41,797 nt of DNA, from the IMG/VR virus record IMGVR_UViG_3300046714_000079, positions 1-41,797 of that record; one strand, given 5' to 3'. Source of the DNA: a virus. Shown here piece after piece: positions 38,510 through 41,797 of the stretch (position 1 is its first letter; each line of letters opens with the position of its first letter). Both the position numbers and the translations under genes were made by a program. Below the pieces are notes generated by a model. The model was not told where the DNA came from. It did no database searches and was given only the letters and a program-made list of their open reading frames with translations.

Positions 38510-39340
38510 TCACTCCCGTTCAGCGAGGATTTCAGCGCCCCGGAACGTCGCGCCGATGTGCCGGCTGAGCGGCAGCGGGATCTTCGCGATCATGGCGCTC
38601 GCCATCTTGCGCTGTGGTGACTTGGAGCCGAAGCTCGCTGACGTGCCGCCCTTGCCGCCCTTGCGGGCTTCGGCAAACCAGTCGCCGCCCTGCTTGCGGC
38701 CGTCCGGGTTGCGTCCCTTGCCGCTCGTGGTGTTGTGCGCGATGTTGAACCAGGAGCCGCCAGTGTTCTTGATCGCTCGAGCATCCCTCACGGCCTGCCC
38801 TTGGGCAGCGGGGTTGAATGCCTGACCAGGGCGATGGCGCGGGTCGGAAGGATGCTTCCAATCAAGGCCTCCGACCTTCACGGCCTTGATCGTCGGCGGC
38901 ATCAGCGCCGGCACGTCGCCCCACAGGTAGAACGATCCGAAGTTCCAGCGAGCTCGCCCCACCCATTTCTGCGCGCCGCGGACGTTCTCGACAATCAGCG
39001 GGATATGCCGGCCGGCCGCCTCGCACGCCTCGCGCTGAATGCGGAAGCACGTTTCGAACAGCGTGTTGTCCGGCGGCGGCAGTGCCTTGGCGCGCTTCCA
39101 CGGCATCGCTCGGTAGCTGTACGCCTGGCACGGCGGCGACGCGACGATCAGCGCGGCGTTCTTGAACTGCGAGCCGTGAAGGGTGCGGGCGTCTTGGATG
39201 ACGAGCAGGCCAGGGTATCGATGGTCGCCGTATTCGTGGCGCTCGATATCGAAGCCGATCACGTCATAGCCCTCGGCGAGCAAGCCTTCGGTCCAGCCAC
39301 CGAGCCCGCAGAAAAGATCGATTGCCAGCGGCCGGCTCAT
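38510..39340 (-). CDS. DNA (cytosine-5)-methyltransferase
   Basis: ORF 38510..39496 trimmed to ATG 39340 (MSRPLAIDLFCGLGGW = motif I). SPPCQAYS (motif IV), LIVENVRG (motif VI). Confidence 0.9.
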   Translation of the reverse strand: MSRPLAIDLFCGLGGWTEGLLAEGYDVIGFDIERHEYGDHRYPGLLVIQDARTLHGSQFKNAALIVASPPCQAYSYRAMPWKRAKALPPPDNTLFETCFRIQREACEAAGRHIPLIVENVRGAQKWVGRARWNFGSFYLWGDVPALMPPTIKAVKVGGLDWKHPSDPRHRPGQAFNPAAQGQAVRDARAIKNTGGSWFNIAHNTTSGKGRNPDGRKQGGDWFAEARKGGKGGTSASFGSKSPQRKMASAMIAKIPLPLSRHIGATFRGAEILAERE

Positions 39341-39648
39341 TATTTTCGATCCTGGATGTTCAGTGCGGCGCGCTCGACAATGCTGTGCTTGCCGACGCCG
39401 TAGCTGTTGAAGTGCGCCCACTCGCTGCGGCCAAGCGGGCCGGTGAACAGCACGGCCGGGAGTGGCTTCCAGTAGGGCCAGCCGTCGTACATGCACATTG
39501 CGAGCAGCGGGCGACCGTTGAAGAAGTAGCGATCCGGCGCCTTCTCAGCCTCACGCCAGATCGGCGGCATGTCCTTCGCCGTCTCGTGCTCCCAATCGAC
39601 GGGACCCATGTTGGTCCCCTCGCGATGCGTCTCGGTCCACACTCTCAT
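39340..39648 (-). CDS. hypothetical protein
   Basis: 102-aa ORF, coupled at both ends. Confidence 0.55.
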   Translation of the reverse strand: MRVWTETHREGTNMGPVDWEHETAKDMPPIWREAEKAPDRYFFNGRPLLAMCMYDGWPYWKPLPAVLFTGPLGRSEWAHFNSYGVGKHSIVERAALNIQDRK

Positions 39649-39938
39649 GGCGCGCGCTCACCACTCGGCAGCGCAGCGACGAACTGCTCGATCATCCGGT
39701 CAACCGCCTTCGGGACTTCCGGCCCATTCGGAACGATCTCGATTGCGGCGTCGCCGTCATCATCGGCGATCGTCAGACTGATCTCGCGCGTCGGCAGCAT
39801 TTCGGCCTCGAACCGATAGCCGCGCGCAACGATGGCGTCGGCCAGCGACGCAATCGGCTCGGGCCGTGCGATGAAGATCGGAGTCGGTCGGCCATCCGGC
39901 ATCAGGAATTGCGTGAACTTAATCTCCCGCGTCTGCAT
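39645..39938 (-). CDS. hypothetical protein
   Basis: 97-aa ORF, ATGA-coupled downstream. Confidence 0.55.
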   Translation of the reverse strand: MQTREIKFTQFLMPDGRPTPIFIARPEPIASLADAIVARGYRFEAEMLPTREISLTIADDDGDAAIEIVPNGPEVPKAVDRMIEQFVAALPSGERAP

Positions 39939-39940
39939 GG

Positions 39941-40222
39941 TTATTCTCCCTGTCCTGCGGAGAGCGCGCGATATTCTTTGGCGCGCGCGATTTCAAGCTG
40001 CGCCTTTTGGTCAGCCTTACGTGCGAGTTGTTCTAGCTGATCGGGCGTCGGCCTGCGCCAGTGGGTCGGCGCGTAGTAGACGTACATGGAGTCGTCGGGG
40101 AACCACCACATGCGGCCGCTGCGCTTGAGCAGCGTTACGTTGCGTTCGCCTCTAGCGTCGTCGACCTTCGTTTCAACGACCTCGCCGCCCGGCGCCGACG
40201 CAATCTCTTGCCAGTGGTTCAT
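39941..40222 (-). CDS. DUF551-like protein (second copy)
   Basis: MNHWQEIASAPGGEVVETKV ... YAPTHWRRP. Same W-x-x-I-x-x-A-P architecture as 33109..33366. Confidence 0.6.
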   Translation of the reverse strand: MNHWQEIASAPGGEVVETKVDDARGERNVTLLKRSGRMWWFPDDSMYVYYAPTHWRRPTPDQLEQLARKADQKAQLEIARAKEYRALSAGQGE

Positions 40223-40575
40223 GGCTTCGCTCGCTGTGCTGTCGAGAGCGACGAAGCCGCAAAACCACGCGGGTCGTCGCAGCCTTCGCGGATCATCATC
40301 AGCGCGAGCGCATAGCGGTCGATTACCCGCTTCTGCGCCTCGATCACGTCTGCGATGCTCTGGCGAACCGTGTTGGCAACGGTGCGCATGCTCGGGTCTG
40401 GCGTGCGTAACGCCTCGACGGCTTTCATCGCCTGACTGGCGATAGCCTCAGGCGGCGAGGCAGCAAGCCTGTGGTGCGTCCGGCCGCAGCGCGGGCATTC
40501 GCAGGAGCGAGCGGCTTCCTCGCGACGGACGCGTTCGGCTGCGTCGAGCGGTATGTCAAGATTTACGGTCTTCAT
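40219..40575 (-). CDS. hypothetical protein with CxCxxC
   Basis: 118-aa ORF, contains SCECPRCGRTHH. Confidence 0.55.
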   Translation of the reverse strand: MKTVNLDIPLDAAERVRREEAARSCECPRCGRTHHRLAASPPEAIASQAMKAVEALRTPDPSMRTVANTVRQSIADVIEAQKRVIDRYALALMMIREGCDDPRGFAASSLSTAQRAKP

Positions 40576-40862
40576 TGCACGCCGTCGTTCACGTCGATGA
40601 TTTGACGGGTCAGAGCCTCAATTTCTGGCGTGATCGCGCGCAGTTCTTCGGCCATCACGTAGCACTCGCGTTCCTCTGGCTTCGGGCCGGGTCGGATGAT
40701 GTCGCCGACGATGCGGTCGACAATTGCCATTGCGATCTTCGCCGCAAGTTCCTGCCGAGCATCGTCGCGCAGCTTGCGGATCGCAGCCTCCTGCCTCCGA
40801 CCAGCGGCGGCAGAAGCTCGCGAGTCTTCCGGTCTCCACGTTCCTCGGACCATGTGCCCCAT
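40572..40862 (-). CDS. hypothetical protein
   Basis: 96-aa ORF behind AGGAGG. Confidence 0.55.
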   Translation of the reverse strand: MGHMVRGTWRPEDSRASAAAGRRQEAAIRKLRDDARQELAAKIAMAIVDRIVGDIIRPGPKPEERECYVMAEELRAITPEIEALTRQIIDVNDGVQ

Positions 40863-40865
40863 TCT

Positions 40866-41096
40866 TCAATCCTCCTGCGAAAGCGCAGAACTAGCGTAGC
40901 CGGCGCACTGCTCGAACGCGGCATTGGCTCCGAGCTGATAGGCTCGGTTGCCGTCGGCGCCGAGATCGAGGTTGAGGAGAGTTTTGCCGGCCATCGCAGC
41001 GATCAACATCAGCGCGGTCTCGAAGCGGTCGCGTTCTTTCCTGATGCGCATGACGGTCTCTTCGAGTCCGTCGAATGAAGTCTGGATGTCAGTCAT
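40866..41096 (-). CDS. hypothetical protein
   Basis: ORF 40866..41243 trimmed to ATG 41096 (MTDIQTSFDG...), an ATGA overlap with the upstream stop. Confidence 0.55.
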   Translation of the reverse strand: MTDIQTSFDGLEETVMRIRKERDRFETALMLIAAMAGKTLLNLDLGADGNRAYQLGANAAFEQCAGYASSALSQED

Positions 41097-41518
41097 CGCG
41101 GCAACCCGTGCTTGATCCGGTAGGCGTCCTGCTGCTGCTCCTGCATCGTCGGGCCGGGGTCTTCCATCAGGCGTTCTTGCTGACGATCCCACGCGCGCTC
41201 GCGGCAGTTCTCGCAGAGCGTGGTGTTGAATTCGCCGAGGCAATGTGGGTCCTTGGCAGGATCACAGGGCGCATCGCACCCATCGCAGGAGAATGTCTTG
41301 GCGACCGCAGTAAAGAAGCGCTGGCCTTTCGATGAGGGCTCGACCGTCATCCCGTCAAAGCCCATGCGGTCGCCAAGCGCACACCACGCGCGGTTCGCGT
41401 TCTCTTGCGGGCTCGAAGGCATGCCGCATTGGAGCGCGATCAACGGGACGGAGCGGCAGGCTTCGAGAAGCCCCTTCAGGTTGACTTCGGTCATTTCGAA
41501 TTCGCGGCGAACAGACAT
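41093..41518 (-). CDS. hypothetical Cys-rich protein
   Basis: 141 aa behind AGGAGG. Contains SCDGCDAPCDPAKDPHCLGEFNTTLCENC. Confidence 0.6.
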   Translation of the reverse strand: MSVRREFEMTEVNLKGLLEACRSVPLIALQCGMPSSPQENANRAWCALGDRMGFDGMTVEPSSKGQRFFTAVAKTFSCDGCDAPCDPAKDPHCLGEFNTTLCENCRERAWDRQQERLMEDPGPTMQEQQQDAYRIKHGLPR

Positions 41519-41537
41519 GGTAACCTCCTGTTTTCTC

Positions 41538-41750
41538 TCACTCTTCGGATGGCTGCGCAGTTTTCATCTTATCCAACTCAGCCATGTTGTCCTTGAGTGC
41601 TTTTAGCGCTGCTGCATCGTTTGGGTTTTTCACCAGAAACATCAGGTTTTTGTCGATGTGCTTCGTGCGTTTCTTTTCCGGCCCATCCGGCATGGATTTC
41701 ATTTGTGCGCGAAGATGCTTGCGCGTGATGGCGTAGTCTGCGGTGGTCAT
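41538..41750 (-). CDS. hypothetical protein spanning the repeat/junction
   Basis: ORF 41538..41795 trimmed to ATG 41750 (equivalent to position 80), which overlaps the HNH stop as ATGA once the ends are joined. MTTADYAITRKHLRAQMK... Confidence 0.55.
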   Translation of the reverse strand: MTTADYAITRKHLRAQMKSMPDGPEKKRTKHIDKNLMFLVKNPNDAAALKALKDNMAELDKMKTAQPSEE

Positions 41751-41797
41751 CGCTCGCGCCCCGCGTAGACCGCCGTCTTGTCGAACTTGCGCCATGC
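41671..41797. repeat. Right copy of the 127-bp exact terminal direct repeat
   Basis: Identical to 1..127. Confidence 0.95.

Noticed and set aside
41671-41797. Interpreting the 127-bp end repeat as a genuine T7-like packaging DTR
   Set aside because: It lies within two coding sequences and has no flanking non-coding context. The portal/terminase module looks P22-like (headful), and its length equals a common assembler k-mer. Not formally excluded without read data.

Overview
This window is a complete, circularly closed temperate phage genome, not a chromosomal slice. Bases 1-127 repeat exactly at 41671-41797, so the unique length is 41,670 bp. It is high-GC with an alphaproteobacterial flavour (GcrA-like regulator, DUF1515-like protein, GH108 lysin, RlpA-like protein). 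All family calls come from recognising motifs by eye; no searches were run.

Layout:
1. A lambda-like immunity switch sits at about 3.06-3.57 kb. A CI-like XRE repressor is flanked by two near-identical TTGAC-N17-GTACA promoter/operator modules.
2. The rightward arm (3.57-32.4 kb) runs: Cro-like gene, a moron pair, a strongly structured non-coding gap, GcrA-like + DnaA-domain-IV-like + HTH + HNH + DUF1376 genes, and a low-GC cassette bounded by 20-bp direct repeats. It continues with TerS/TerL, a P22-type portal, scaffold, an N4-gp56-family capsid, a P22 gp4/gp10-like tail hub and three ejection proteins (one with a SleB-type hydrolase). It ends with three tail-fibre genes and a lysis cassette.
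3. The leftward arm starts at the immunity region, crosses the window junction and ends at 32.4 kb. It holds about 36 mostly tiny, translationally coupled genes. These include a Rad52-type annealing protein, an HNH nuclease, a C5 DNA methyltransferase, a Rieske [2Fe-2S] protein, a small ORF coupled to a tyrosine integrase, a candidate attP, and a PAPS-reductase-like protein.

I saw no tRNA, rRNA, CRISPR array, transposase or recognisable replicative helicase, primase or polymerase.

The best candidates for something new are:
- the methyltransferase-to-Rieske cluster;
- the PAPS-reductase block beyond the candidate attP;
- the GcrA / DnaA-domain-IV regulator pair;
- the four-hairpin non-coding element;
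- the unusual lysis cassette.
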